Under the pieces are notes generated by a model. That model was not told the origin of the DNA and ran no database searches. It saw only the letters and a program-made list of their open reading frames with translations. 64,000 nucleotides of DNA from a virus (Duplodnaviria; Caudoviricetes): positions 4,169-68,168 of IMG/VR virus record IMGVR_UViG_3300042564_004954. One strand, given 5' to 3'. This document shows positions 24,959-35,884 of this stretch, one piece after another; positions within the stretch are counted from its first letter, which is position 1, and the number at the start of each line of letters is the position of its first letter. The translations under genes were made by a program, and so were the position numbers.

Positions 24959-25886
24959 GTGCAAAGAGTGCGGACAGGACTTCCCCGCCCTAAAAAGCCT
25001 TCATACGCATATCAAAAAACATGATATGTTACTAGGCGAGTATTATGTAAAAAATTATCAGCGCAAAAATAAATTAACTGGTGATTTAATGCAGTTTAAA
25101 AACTATGATGAGTATTTTGAAAAAGATTTCAGTAATCGTAGTCAATTGCTTAAATGGTGTGACTCAGCTCCATTCTCAGAAGTTTCTGATTATATCATAA
25201 AGATCTTAAAAGATCGTATAGAAAAAAAAGAATTAAAATACGCTCCAAGTTCCATAGAGTTATATACAAATCAACTGCCACCAATAGATGTTTATAAAAA
25301 ATTCTATGGCAGTTATACTGATGCATGTAAAAAATGTTTAGTGGAGCCTATGTTTGGTGGTAAATTTCCCAAAGAGTTTCATGACGACTGCTCAAAAATT
25401 AAAATTTTTATAGACACAAGAGAACAAAAACCATTGCCTTTTAAGAATTTTGAAAAACTAAAATTAGATGTTGGAGATTATGCAGTAGCTGGAGAACATT
25501 ATAGTTATACTTATGTTGATAGAAAATCATACGATGATTTTTGCAATACAATGAGCAGTGGCTATGAAAGATTTCGCAGAGAGTTAGAAAGATGCAGGAG
25601 TCTTGGTTCTTATTTATTTATTGTTATCGAAACAGACTTATATCAGATGGAAAAGAAAAATGTTTTCTCTCCACAAAAAGTTAATTTAAAATATGTCTTT
25701 CATAATATGAGAGTGCTTCAACATGATTTTAAAGATTGTTGTCAATTTGTATTTAGTGGCAATAGAAGCAATAGTACCCTGCTTATACCGAAGCTTTTAG
25801 TTTTAGGTAGAAAAGTATGGAATACAGATATCCAGTATTTTTTAGATTCTGGAGTTATGAATTATTTTGAAGGGAAAAAATCATGA
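24945..25886 (+). CDS. C2H2 zinc finger + ERCC4-type nuclease
   Basis: CKEC..LHTHIKKH; IDTREQ, LDVGDY, VDRKS..D, RFRRELER. Confidence 0.85.
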   Translation: MMSFKCKECGQDFPALKSLHTHIKKHDMLLGEYYVKNYQRKNKLTGDLMQFKNYDEYFEKDFSNRSQLLKWCDSAPFSEVSDYIIKILKDRIEKKELKYAPSSIELYTNQLPPIDVYKKFYGSYTDACKKCLVEPMFGGKFPKEFHDDCSKIKIFIDTREQKPLPFKNFEKLKLDVGDYAVAGEHYSYTYVDRKSYDDFCNTMSSGYERFRRELERCRSLGSYLFIVIETDLYQMEKKNVFSPQKVNLKYVFHNMRVLQHDFKDCCQFVFSGNRSNSTLLIPKLLVLGRKVWNTDIQYFLDSGVMNYFEGKKS

Positions 25887-28800
25887 GTTGGGAAACTGGC
25901 AATCAAAAATTACATAAAAAATTTAAAAACATTAATCAAGAAATACTTGATACAAGTGGTTTTATTGACGAGAAGAAAGCTAAAATTTTATTATATAAAT
26001 TCTTAAAAGAAAACCCATCTTTTTCTTCAGAACTAATTACAGGTGTTTCATTGTTCCCATTCCAGCATATGGCAATTAAAGCAATGATGGAAACTGATTA
26101 TTTTTTGGGGATATGGTGTCTAGAAGAAAATGAATATGTCTTATCGAAAAATGGATTTAAAAAAATTAAAGATATCCAAATTGGAGATTATGTCAGATCA
26201 AGAAATGAAATTAATCTTGTTTCAGATAAAAAAGAAAATCCAGAAGAACAGGGTTTAGATATAAACCTACAATCTGGCGATAGTTTTAAAGCAAAAATCG
26301 GTCATAAAGTTTTAGTTTATGATGGTGGCGAGTTCGTTTTTAAAGAAATTGAAAATTTAAAAATTGGAGATTCCATTCCAATTAAAATAGCTACTGAAGT
26401 ATGGGGCGATAAAGATGTAACTGAAGGATCTAAAGTAAACCGCTCTTCATATTTATTTTATTTACTTGGCTATGTTTTAGGAGATGGATGGGTTAATCAA
26501 GATGGAATTCATTATTGTTCTGAACATTTTGAAGTACAAGAAACTTGTTTAAAGTTTTTGAGAGATAATGATTTAAAAAGTTACGCAAGACAAAGAACAA
26601 AAAATTTAAGTTTTTATGAATATTCGATATTTAATAGGGAGATTGTTTCTTGGTTGGAAAGTATAGGTTGGGATAAATCTTTAAAATCAAAAGATAAAGT
26701 TATTTGTGATTCTATTTTACAATGTTCTAGAAATGAATTATGCGCACTAATTGGAGGGTTGTTTGATGCTGATGGCTATGCTTCATATTTATCTACTAGC
26801 AGTAAAGTTGGTTTGAAAAATACTTCATTACAACTTCTTAGACAGATTAAAATGATTTTAAATAATCTTGGAATAGTATCTAATTTAAGAAAATCGGGTG
26901 AGAATAAAGGAGTCTCATATTATGATTTAGTTATATCAAATGATGTTAATTCTTTGAGAGAGTTTCAAAATTCAATAGACTTTCAAGTTTTTCACAAGAA
27001 AAGCAATTTGGAAAAAATTATTAATAGATCAAAAAATAAAAATTATCAAAACAACTTAATACCAAATTTTTGTGAAATTATTAAAAAAGACGGCTCAAAA
27101 GAAAAAGTAACTGGTAAAAGAGGATCTTGGGGTAAAAACTTTTCTCAAAATAACTTCGATTCACTTATAAATATTTCTGATGAAACTTGCCAAATTATTA
27201 ATAATATTAAAAATGAAAATGTTGTATTTTCACCAATTAAATCAATAGATAATTGTCCTGTTAAATCTATAGATATTACTGTAGAAAATGAGGAGTGTTA
27301 TGTTGGTAATGGTTTTGTTCATCATAATTCTCGTGGTATGAGTAAATCTTTCTCTACAGCTATCTTTGCAATCTTGGATGCTATTTTAAATCAAGGTGTC
27401 CACATTGGTATTATTAGTAAATCATTCAGACAGTCTAAAATGATTTTCCGTAAAATTGAAGAAATATCTCGCAGTCCTAAAGCGGGATTTTTATCTCAAT
27501 GTATAAATAGAATATCAAAAACTAATGATGAATGGGTTATTGAAATCGGCAGAAGTAAGATAACGGCATTACCACTTGGTGATGGTGAAAAGCTTCGTGG
27601 TTTCCGTTTCCAAAGGATGATTATCGATGAGCTTCTTTTGATGCCAGAGAAAATTTTAAATGAAGTTATTCTGCCATTCCTTTCTGTTGTAGAAAATCCA
27701 ACTGAAAGACAAAAATTATATGATTTGGAAAGTACATTAATTAAACAAGGTAAAATGTCTGAAGAAGATCGTTATCGTTGGCCAAATAATAAAATTATTG
27801 GTCTGTCTTCAGCAAGTTATAAATTTGAATATCTTTATAAATTATATCAACAATATGAGTCATTGATTTTAAATAACGCCGAAAAAGATAATGCTCATAG
27901 AGTAATTATGCATTTTAGTTATGATTGCGCACCAGATCAGCTTTATGACCAGAACTTAATTAATCAAGCAAAAGCTACAATGAGTCAATCTCAATTTGAT
28001 CGTGAGTTTGGCGCTGTATTTACTGACGATAGCTCTGGATACTTCAAGGTAAGTAAGATGGCGCTTTGTACTATACCAGATGGAGAAGGGCAAGCTGTTG
28101 AGGTTATAGGAGATCCTACAGCGCAATATATATTAGCATTTGACCCTTCTTGGTCAGAGAGTGATGGTTCCGACGACTTCTCTATGCAACTAATTAAAAT
28201 TAATCCAGAAAAAAGAAATGGTGTAGTTGTCCACAGCTATGCACTTTCTGGAACAAATTTAAAAAAGCATATAGAATATATTCATTACTTAATTGCTCAT
28301 TTTAATATTGTTTCAATTGTTGGAGACTATAACGGAGGTGTTCAATTCATTAATTCATGCAATGAAAGTGAAATATTTAAAAAGGCTGGTATTAAATTAG
28401 ATATGTTTGATGCGGATTTTGATAATCCACAAGAATACGATAAAGCTCTTAGAGACGCAAGAAATCAATACAATATATCCACAAGAAAAATAGTTCACTT
28501 GAGGAAACCAAGTTCAGCTTGGATTAGATATGCTAACGAGTCATTACAGGCCGCATTCGACCATAAAAGAATATGGTTCGCTGGCGCAGCAATGGATGAA
28601 GCTTATAATAAACAAAGGTTAGCTAATATCCCAATTCAAACATTAAAATTTTCTAGACATGATGATGAAAAAGAATCTGGCGCTAGACAAATTGATTTTA
28701 TTGAACAATTAAAAGACAATGTTGAACTTATTAAAGTACAATGCGCACTTATTCAAGTGAACACGTCAGCTCAAGGAACTCAGAGTTTCGATCTCCCATT

Positions 28801-28954
28801 AAATTTGAAAAAACAAAGAGGGGCAGATAAAGCTCGAAAAGACTCGTATTCCACATTAGTTTTAGGAAACTGGATGATGCAAACATATTTTGACATGATT
28901 AATCTTCAAGAGCAAAATGTCCAAGCCACATTCACACCAATGTTTATTAATTGA
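25883..28954 (+). CDS. terL: terminase large subunit, intein-containing
   Basis: LFPFQ, Walker A (W|SRGMSKS) split by the intein, LRGFR, IIDE, SSA, AFDP, RKDSYS. Confidence 0.92.
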   Translation: MSWETGNQKLHKKFKNINQEILDTSGFIDEKKAKILLYKFLKENPSFSSELITGVSLFPFQHMAIKAMMETDYFLGIWCLEENEYVLSKNGFKKIKDIQIGDYVRSRNEINLVSDKKENPEEQGLDINLQSGDSFKAKIGHKVLVYDGGEFVFKEIENLKIGDSIPIKIATEVWGDKDVTEGSKVNRSSYLFYLLGYVLGDGWVNQDGIHYCSEHFEVQETCLKFLRDNDLKSYARQRTKNLSFYEYSIFNREIVSWLESIGWDKSLKSKDKVICDSILQCSRNELCALIGGLFDADGYASYLSTSSKVGLKNTSLQLLRQIKMILNNLGIVSNLRKSGENKGVSYYDLVISNDVNSLREFQNSIDFQVFHKKSNLEKIINRSKNKNYQNNLIPNFCEIIKKDGSKEKVTGKRGSWGKNFSQNNFDSLINISDETCQIINNIKNENVVFSPIKSIDNCPVKSIDITVENEECYVGNGFVHHNSRGMSKSFSTAIFAILDAILNQGVHIGIISKSFRQSKMIFRKIEEISRSPKAGFLSQCINRISKTNDEWVIEIGRSKITALPLGDGEKLRGFRFQRMIIDELLLMPEKILNEVILPFLSVVENPTERQKLYDLESTLIKQGKMSEEDRYRWPNNKIIGLSSASYKFEYLYKLYQQYESLILNNAEKDNAHRVIMHFSYDCAPDQLYDQNLINQAKATMSQSQFDREFGAVFTDDSSGYFKVSKMALCTIPDGEGQAVEVIGDPTAQYILAFDPSWSESDGSDDFSMQLIKINPEKRNGVVVHSYALSGTNLKKHIEYIHYLIAHFNIVSIVGDYNGGVQFINSCNESEIFKKAGIKLDMFDADFDNPQEYDKALRDARNQYNISTRKIVHLRKPSSAWIRYANESLQAAFDHKRIWFAGAAMDEAYNKQRLANIPIQTLKFSRHDDEKESGARQIDFIEQLKDNVELIKVQCALIQVNTSAQGTQSFDLPLNLKKQRGADKARKDSYSTLVLGNWMMQTYFDMINLQEQNVQATFTPMFIN
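26117..27328 (+). mobile_element. 404-aa intein with LAGLIDADG endonuclease
   Basis: Starts CLEENEYV, ends FVHHN before Ser; LLGYVLGDG and IGGLFDADG. Confidence 0.92.
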
Positions 28955-29000
28955 CTTTTAAAGTTAACTTTTTAACATTTCTGTGTAAAATAGTAAAAGT

Positions 29001-31007
29001 ATGAGCGGCTCAAAAAGACATTATAATAAAAAGTCAGATTATTGGACAAAATTTAATAAAGTACAAGATCCAATAAGTCAACAACAAATAGAAGGTTATG
29101 AGCCGCAATTATGTGGAGAGCCATTTTATGTATCTAATGCCACATCAAGCACTAAAGAATTAATTTTCAGCAAAGCTTCATATTCTCGCAGGAATGGAGA
29201 AAGTCCTACTGGGTCTAGGAAAAATGTAGCCGCGATGACTTCAACCACAGATAGGTTTGGAAGCATTAGAAATGGGTTGCTTCCATATAACTACGCCATG
29301 GATGGTGTTAACGTTCGTGAAGCTATTGAGCTTTGCCAAAAAGCCTATGCTAATGTTTCAGTATTCAGGAATGCTATAGACATTATGTCTGAATTTGCCA
29401 ATACAGAAATTTATCTTGAAGGTGGTACTCAAAAAAGTAGAGATTTTTTTACAGAATGGTTTAAAAAGATTAAATTATGGAATCTTAGAGATCAATATTT
29501 TAGAGAATATTATAGAAGTGGTAATGTATTTTTATATAGAGTAGATGGCAAGTTTAAAGCAGATGATTTTGCTAAATTAGTTAGCCAAATAGGAGTTTTG
29601 GGAGATAATAAAATACCTCTTAAGTATATTGTTCTTAATCCATTTGATATTGTGGCAAAAAGAAGTTCTACTTTTGCTACAGGAGCATATGAGAAAATTT
29701 TATCTGAATATGAGTTAGCAAGACTTCAAAATCCAATCACAGAAGAGGATAAAGAAATTTTAGATGCGATGCCATCTGCCGTCAAAAAAGATATTAAAAA
29801 GGGTGCGTACTATACAGATGGATTAAAAATAGAGCTTGATCCTAAAAAGTTAACTTACTCATTTTATAAAAAACAAGACTACGAACCATTTGCTGTTCCT
29901 TTTGGATATCCAGTTCTTGAGGATATCAATGCTAAAATGGAATTGAAGAAAATGGATCAAGCCATTACCCGTACAGTAGAAAATGTTATTTTATTGATAA
30001 CAATGGGAGCTGAACCAGAAAAAGGCGGTATTAATGCTCAAAATTTATCTGCCATGCAAAGTTTGTTTAAAAACGAAAGTGTTGGTAGAGTTTTAGTTTC
30101 TGATTATACAACAAAAGCAGAATTTGTTATTCCAGATTTAGGAAAGGTTTTAGGGTCTGAAAAATATCAAGTTTTAAATGAAGATATTAAACAAGGTCTT
30201 CAAAATATAGTTATTGGTGAAGAGAAATATAGCGCAACAGAGGTTAAAGCTCAAATATTTGTTGACAGATTAAAAGAATCAAGAAACGCATTTTTAAATG
30301 ATTTTCTTCAAGTTGAGATTAATAGAATTGCTAAGGAATTAGGATTTAGATCTTTCCCTACTGCAAAATTCCGTGATGTTGATATGAGAGACCAAACTCA
30401 ACTCATGCGCATAACAACAAGACTTATGGAACTTGGAGTTCTTACTCCACAGCAAGGTATGGATATGTTCCACACAGGTCAATTTCCACAAGCAAAAGAA
30501 ATATCCCCAGCGCAAAATACTTTCAATGAAGAAAGAAAAGAAGGTTATTATAATCCACTGGTTGGAGGAGTTCCTTTGATTGCGCCAGGTGGAGATGGAC
30601 AAGAACAAGTTCAAAAAAATACCACTAATAAAGTTGCTGGTAGACCAGAAGGAACTACAGGAATTCCACTTGTTAAAGGAAACTATTCAGTTAAAGGAAT
30701 TCAATCTGTTGTTAAGAAAATAGAAAAAACTCGCGCTTCAATATCGGGTAATTTAAAGAAAAAACTTAATATTAAAAAGTTTAATGAACAACAAGAGGCT
30801 ATGCTTAATAAATTATGTGAAGCTGTAGTTGTTTCCAATGAAATAGAAACTTGGGAATCGGTAGCGAATTCTTGTGTAAATAATTTTGATAATATAGCTT
30901 CGTTAAATACTATGCCAGATATTTTATCTATATTGGCAGAGCATCAATTAGAAGATGATTATTCAGCAGCAATTTTATATCACTCTAAAAAAATAAATGA
31001 AAATTAA
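29001..31007 (+). CDS. portal protein
   Basis: 668 aa directly after the terminase; REYYRSGNVF, KKQDYEPFAVP. Confidence 0.82.
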   Translation: MSGSKRHYNKKSDYWTKFNKVQDPISQQQIEGYEPQLCGEPFYVSNATSSTKELIFSKASYSRRNGESPTGSRKNVAAMTSTTDRFGSIRNGLLPYNYAMDGVNVREAIELCQKAYANVSVFRNAIDIMSEFANTEIYLEGGTQKSRDFFTEWFKKIKLWNLRDQYFREYYRSGNVFLYRVDGKFKADDFAKLVSQIGVLGDNKIPLKYIVLNPFDIVAKRSSTFATGAYEKILSEYELARLQNPITEEDKEILDAMPSAVKKDIKKGAYYTDGLKIELDPKKLTYSFYKKQDYEPFAVPFGYPVLEDINAKMELKKMDQAITRTVENVILLITMGAEPEKGGINAQNLSAMQSLFKNESVGRVLVSDYTTKAEFVIPDLGKVLGSEKYQVLNEDIKQGLQNIVIGEEKYSATEVKAQIFVDRLKESRNAFLNDFLQVEINRIAKELGFRSFPTAKFRDVDMRDQTQLMRITTRLMELGVLTPQQGMDMFHTGQFPQAKEISPAQNTFNEERKEGYYNPLVGGVPLIAPGGDGQEQVQKNTTNKVAGRPEGTTGIPLVKGNYSVKGIQSVVKKIEKTRASISGNLKKKLNIKKFNEQQEAMLNKLCEAVVVSNEIETWESVANSCVNNFDNIASLNTMPDILSILAEHQLEDDYSAAILYHSKKINEN

Positions 31008-31392
31008 TCCAGAAGACATTAAAGTGCCACTTGAAAAAACAGTGGAAGTTAAAAACGGAGAAATGCAAATCTCTCTTTCAAAAATGGCAGATAAAAAAGC
31101 TGTTATGTATAAATCATTTATGAGTGCTTGCGCTTCGGATGATAAGGCTCTTGTTGATACAACCGATATGGACGATGAATCAACAATGAAAGCTTGTATG
31201 GTTCAATTTGATAAAATGCAAGCTATGCTCATGGAAGAAAGTGATTCTGGAGAATTAACACCAGAGCAAAAGAAACTTCCACCAGCGCTTCAGAAAAAAA
31301 TCCTTGAAAAAATGGATAAATCTTCAGATCCAGCTTCTCATGAAAATGAAGAAACTGAAGAAGAGGAGGAAATGGAAGAAGGAGAAGATTAA
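30997..31392 (+). CDS. hypothetical acidic protein
   Basis: 131 aa with LTPEQKKLPPALQKKIL. Confidence 0.75.
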   Translation: MKINPEDIKVPLEKTVEVKNGEMQISLSKMADKKAVMYKSFMSACASDDKALVDTTDMDDESTMKACMVQFDKMQAMLMEESDSGELTPEQKKLPPALQKKILEKMDKSSDPASHENEETEEEEEMEEGED

Positions 31393-31401
31393 TTTTTAAA
31401 T

Positions 31402-32976
31402 ATGAAATATAAGTACACCACAAAATTTGAAGCCCCAATATATTCTTGCGTAATTGGTGATGAAACATTTATTTCTAAAGCGTCTTTAGAGAATTTAAAA
31501 CCATTAATTCCACAAGATATAGATTTTTCAGAAAACATTGATTTGCTTGGAGTTGCTTTTAATGCAGCCGTAGTAAATAAATTTAATAAAAATGATGACG
31601 GCATGGATTCTGAAACAGCCGCTAGAGTTGTTAAAAACTTTATCCATAAACCAACAAATATTGAACACGAAAAAAGTAAAATCGTGGGTCATATTGTATC
31701 TGCTGGTTTCAGTGAATATGGAAATGATAATAAAATGCTTTCAGTAGAAGAAATTAAAGATCGTGTAGATCCATTTAATATTTCACTTGGTGCAGTTGTT
31801 TATAAGTACGCTAATAAAGATTTTGCAAAATTAATAGAAAGATCTGTTGATTCTGGCGACTCATTATATCAACACATATCTACAAGTTGGGAAGTTGGAT
31901 TTAGTGATTATGTTATCGCTGTTGGTGGTAATGATCTTAAAGACACTGAGATTATAAAAAATCCAAAACACTTTGAAGAAATGAGAGCTAAACTTAGAGC
32001 TTATGGTGGCTCTGGAAAATTAGACGATGGTTCAAAAGTGTATAGATTATTAAGAGGAGATATTTATCCTCTTGGTATTGGATTTACAACTACTCCAGCT
32101 GCAGATGTTAAAGGTCTTTATTCTTCTCAAGATGAATCTTCAAATGTAGAAATAAAAGATAAAAGAGATAAAAAAACATATTTTCAGATTAAAAAACCAG
32201 AATTAACTGAAAAAGTTGAGTCAAAAATTTCACAATATAAAAATATTAATGTAAAAAACAAAAAAGAAATCATTATGGATATTGAACAAGTACTTTCCGA
32301 ATTGAAGGATCTTCTCGTTGAAAAGAAATTTTCTGAAGAAGCTGTTGCTAATATGACCAGCACATTTGCTGACGCTATTAAGCAAAAAGATACAGAATAC
32401 CGCGAATCTCTTACTAAGGCTGATGAAGAAAAAGAAGCTTTAGCAAAAGAAAGAGAAGAACTCAAGGCTTCCATGGAAGAAATTCGTAAGCAACTTGCTG
32501 ACGCAAGTGAAAAGCTTACTGAGTTTGAAGCTTCCAAAAAAGCTGATGAAGCACTTGCTCGTTTCAACGCTCGCATGGAATCTGTTGACCAATCATACGA
32601 TCTTGATGATGAAGATCGTCAACTTTTAGCTCAAGAGCTAAAAGAGCTTAGTGAAACAGAAGAAGCATTTGCTTCATTCCAAAACAAACTTTCCATCATG
32701 TGGAAACACAAGAATAAAGAAGCTAAAGCAGCTATCGAAAAATCAATCCAAGATAAGATTGATGAAGAAGTTGCTAAGAAGCTTGCTAAAATGCAAGAAT
32801 CAAAAGCTTCTGTAGAACCTGAATCAGAAGAAGAAGTAATCAAAGAGGCTATCGAAAACTCAGAAGTTTCAGAAGCTGGTATTTCCAGTTCAAATGAAGA
32901 GTCTTCGCGCCAACCTGCTTCTTTGCGCGATAAGTTTGCAGCAGCTTTCAATCGTGAAAATATCATCATTTCCTAA
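31402..32976 (+). CDS. prohead protease / scaffold fusion
   Basis: NKNDDG, KPTNIEH..IVGHI, STSWE, PAA; C-terminal coiled coil with possible internal start at 32275. Confidence 0.78.
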   Translation: MKYKYTTKFEAPIYSCVIGDETFISKASLENLKPLIPQDIDFSENIDLLGVAFNAAVVNKFNKNDDGMDSETAARVVKNFIHKPTNIEHEKSKIVGHIVSAGFSEYGNDNKMLSVEEIKDRVDPFNISLGAVVYKYANKDFAKLIERSVDSGDSLYQHISTSWEVGFSDYVIAVGGNDLKDTEIIKNPKHFEEMRAKLRAYGGSGKLDDGSKVYRLLRGDIYPLGIGFTTTPAADVKGLYSSQDESSNVEIKDKRDKKTYFQIKKPELTEKVESKISQYKNINVKNKKEIIMDIEQVLSELKDLLVEKKFSEEAVANMTSTFADAIKQKDTEYRESLTKADEEKEALAKEREELKASMEEIRKQLADASEKLTEFEASKKADEALARFNARMESVDQSYDLDDEDRQLLAQELKELSETEEAFASFQNKLSIMWKHKNKEAKAAIEKSIQDKIDEEVAKKLAKMQESKASVEPESEEEVIKEAIENSEVSEAGISSSNEESSRQPASLRDKFAAAFNRENIIIS

Positions 32977-33008
32977 TAAAAAAAACAATCTAACAAAGAA
33001 AAAAATAT

Positions 33009-33644
33009 ATGGCACTTAGAACATTACCATTCAGACAATATGACGAAAACGATGTCATCAACATGTTCGCTCTTGGCGATACCTATGTTAATGAGAACGT
33101 AACTGGTTCAAGTTTTGGAGATGCTGGCGTTTTCGTTACCGTTGACGCTGGAAATCTTAATCTTGACGCAATTACCTATGATAGCACATACGATTCCTAT
33201 CTCGGTAAAACCAATTATCCATTCGTTGGAGTCAATCAATATCCAAAGGTCAGCCTTACAGTTAAGCCAGCCGCTTCAGGCAGTGCTTGCTTTGGTATGA
33301 CACTTCGTCAAACCGCAAAATTCGATGAAAACGGCGAAAAACTCCTCTATTACCCACAAAAGGCTGAAGAGCTTATGTGCGTACTTCCAGGTCAGTCCGT
33401 TCCAGTTGCTACTCGCGGAGTATTTACCTTAACAAGTTCAGCTTATGATGGCGCACTTGCAGTTGGCAGCGGTGTAAGACTTTCTATAACAAGTGGTAAG
33501 CTTACAGGCTGTGCAGTCACTGATGCTTCAAGAGTTGGTCTCGTTATTGCTACTGGCTCACGTGTTGCAGCTACAGCAATCGATCAATTCGCAGGTGCTG
33601 CTGGATCAACAGGAAGCTATGCAATCGTTGGTCTTGGATTATAA
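33009..33644 (+). CDS. head decoration / cement protein
   Basis: 211 aa, small-residue rich, between scaffold and capsid. Confidence 0.65.
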   Translation: MALRTLPFRQYDENDVINMFALGDTYVNENVTGSSFGDAGVFVTVDAGNLNLDAITYDSTYDSYLGKTNYPFVGVNQYPKVSLTVKPAASGSACFGMTLRQTAKFDENGEKLLYYPQKAEELMCVLPGQSVPVATRGVFTLTSSAYDGALAVGSGVRLSITSGKLTGCAVTDASRVGLVIATGSRVAATAIDQFAGAAGSTGSYAIVGLGL

Positions 33645-33671
33645 TTTAACCCCTTAATAACAGAAAAAAAT

Positions 33672-34793
33672 ATGAAAATTACTTTAAAAAGAACTCCAGA
33701 ACAAGTTGAGTTAATTAAGGCTATGGCTTCAAAGAACCGTGCGGTTGCAGTTGAAGCACAAGTTGCACTTGCTGAATTCATCGGACCAGTATTGGCTGAA
33801 GTTATCAACAACGCCCCAACCCTTAGTAACTTATTCACAAGTCTTCAGTTTAATGCTGATGACAATCCAAGTATTCCACTTGATCTCTATTATGATATCA
33901 CAGCTGAAGATTATATCACCGTTTACAGCCAAAGCGTAGCTGGCGGTCTTCCACAGAACCAAGTTCTTCCAACTGTTTCTGAAATGAAGATTGCTACATA
34001 TACCCTTGACTCAGCACTCAGCTTTGACAAGCGTTATGCTGCTAAGAGTCGCATGGATGTAGTTAGCAAGACCTTTACTCGTATGGCTCAAGAAATCCTT
34101 CTTAAGCAAGAGAAGACTTCTGCTAACCTTATCCTTAGCGCACTTGCCGCTGCTCAAACAAATGGTAAGCAACACGTACAACGTGCTAATACAAATGGCC
34201 GTTTCCTTCTTGCAGACCTTAATGAACTCTTCACTCTTTCCAAGAGAATTAATACATCATTCCTTAAGGGAACTCCTGAAGCGCGTGGTGGCCGTGGTAT
34301 CACTGATATCATTGTTTCTCCAGAAGTTGTTCAAGAGCTTCGTGCAATGGCTTATAACCCAATCAACACTGTTGGAACAAAGACTGATATCCCAGCTACT
34401 GACGAAATGAGAACAGCTGTCTATAACAACGCAGGTATCCCTGAGTTTTATGGAGTTGCTATCATGGAAATCAATGAGCTTGGCCGTGGTCAACGCTTCA
34501 ACACAATCTTTGATAACGTTTCTTCACAAAGCTATACAACCGCCGCTGGTGGCAGCTCCGCTGCATTCAATGGCGCTAATGAAGAAATCATCATTGGTCT
34601 TGATCGTGGACGCGAGTCACTTATCCGTGCAGTTGCCGTTGATTCTGAGAATGGTTCTGAATTCAGCCTCACAGCTGATGATCAGTACAGCATCCGTCAG
34701 AACAAGATCGGTTACTTTGGTTCACTTGAAGAAGGACGTATGGTTCTTGACAATCGCGCCCTCGTTGGCAAGATTGTTTCTGGCCTCGCCTAA
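33672..34793 (+). CDS. major capsid protein
   Basis: 373 aa, position, strong codon bias, DIIVSPE and FYGV.I, followed by a terminator. Confidence 0.85.
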   Translation: MKITLKRTPEQVELIKAMASKNRAVAVEAQVALAEFIGPVLAEVINNAPTLSNLFTSLQFNADDNPSIPLDLYYDITAEDYITVYSQSVAGGLPQNQVLPTVSEMKIATYTLDSALSFDKRYAAKSRMDVVSKTFTRMAQEILLKQEKTSANLILSALAAAQTNGKQHVQRANTNGRFLLADLNELFTLSKRINTSFLKGTPEARGGRGITDIIVSPEVVQELRAMAYNPINTVGTKTDIPATDEMRTAVYNNAGIPEFYGVAIMEINELGRGQRFNTIFDNVSSQSYTTAAGGSSAAFNGANEEIIIGLDRGRESLIRAVAVDSENGSEFSLTADDQYSIRQNKIGYFGSLEEGRMVLDNRALVGKIVSGLA

Positions 34794-34809
34794 TTCGATC
34801 TATAAATTT

Positions 34810-34842
34810 AAGAGTCACCCCGAAAGGGGTGGCTCTTTTTTT
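34810..34842 (+). terminator. intrinsic terminator
   Basis: AAGAGTCACCCC-GAAA-GGGGTGGCTCTT plus T run. Confidence 0.9.
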
Positions 34843-34877
34843 TGTTTAAATTTCAGTTATTATAAGTATAATGTAAT

Positions 34878-35330
34878 ATGGCTAGAAAAAAGAAAATTGA
34901 AATTACTAATGGTTTAGAGCAAGTTAATAATGTTGCTATTGGTTCAACACAAAAGAAAACCTTAGTGCAGGAAATTGATGAAATGAGAGCTTCTGGTCAA
35001 GTAGGAACTCCAGAATTTGTTACTAAAATGAGAGAACTTGAAGTTTTACTTGGCGTATCTGAAATCAGTCCATTTGGAACAAATGAATTAGAGGTTTTTG
35101 AAGAGAATTTAAAGCAAATGTCTCTATCTGAGATGCAAAAAGTTGCCCAGAAAGTTGGTCTTAATCCATTTCATGACCAAGTAACATTAAAGAATATTCT
35201 TATAAAAGAATTTAAAGCATCAACACGTAATAGCCGTAGAAATATTATGCCCACTATGATGGAAAGCTTTAAAATTGATCCAAATAATCCAAAACACAAA
35301 GAATTACTTAAAATACTTAATGATATTTAA
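34878..35330 (+). CDS. hypothetical protein
   Basis: 150-aa ORF. Confidence 0.75.
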   Translation: MARKKKIEITNGLEQVNNVAIGSTQKKTLVQEIDEMRASGQVGTPEFVTKMRELEVLLGVSEISPFGTNELEVFEENLKQMSLSEMQKVAQKVGLNPFHDQVTLKNILIKEFKASTRNSRRNIMPTMMESFKIDPNNPKHKELLKILNDI

Positions 35331-35344
35331 GTGTAATATATAGT

Positions 35345-35806
35345 ATGAGTGTAATTGCGGATTTATCTTTAAAAATATTTCAGACAGAATTTGATAGTGA
35401 TACTGGCATCATGCCACGCTCTCATATTTCAGGATGGTTAGATGCTAACCTTGGACAGTTAAATACTTTATTAAATACTTCTTATAGTGGTTCAAATGCT
35501 GAACTTGATCTAGAGTCGCAAGCTATCTATAAGGAGTTATATTTGGCTAGTTACTACAGAAAGCAGTCTAGAAATGCATTAAGAGGGTTAGTCGAGTCTA
35601 ATGGCGGTGGAGGTGATATATTAAGCCTTAGAGATGGCAATAGCGCCGTGACATTCACTAATAAGAATGAAGTGGCGAAGGTCTACAAGAGTATGGCTGA
35701 CGATTCAGAGTTGCGTTTAAACCAACTTGTGGCTAAATATAATATATATCAAGCGCAACCACTACAATTAGGTGGTATTGAAACTAACTTAGATATTTAT
35801 TATTGA
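35345..35806 (+). CDS. putative head-tail adaptor
   Basis: 153 aa after the capsid; GTGTAA upstream. Confidence 0.55.
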   Translation: MSVIADLSLKIFQTEFDSDTGIMPRSHISGWLDANLGQLNTLLNTSYSGSNAELDLESQAIYKELYLASYYRKQSRNALRGLVESNGGGGDILSLRDGNSAVTFTNKNEVAKVYKSMADDSELRLNQLVAKYNIYQAQPLQLGGIETNLDIYY

Positions 35807-35831
35807 TTTTTAAAAAAAAAAAAAAATAAAT

Positions 35832-35869
35832 AAAAAAACGGGATACTATTTCTAGTACCCCGTTTTTTT
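35832..35869. terminator. bidirectional terminator
   Basis: AAAAAAACGGG.TACTA-TTTC-TAGTACCCGTTTTTT between convergent genes. Confidence 0.8.
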
Positions 35870-35884
35870 ATTAACATCTATTAT

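Noticed and set aside
35811-35838. Long poly-A run as a retro-insertion scar
   Set aside because: Explained by the terminator tail; homopolymer length may be a sequencing artefact
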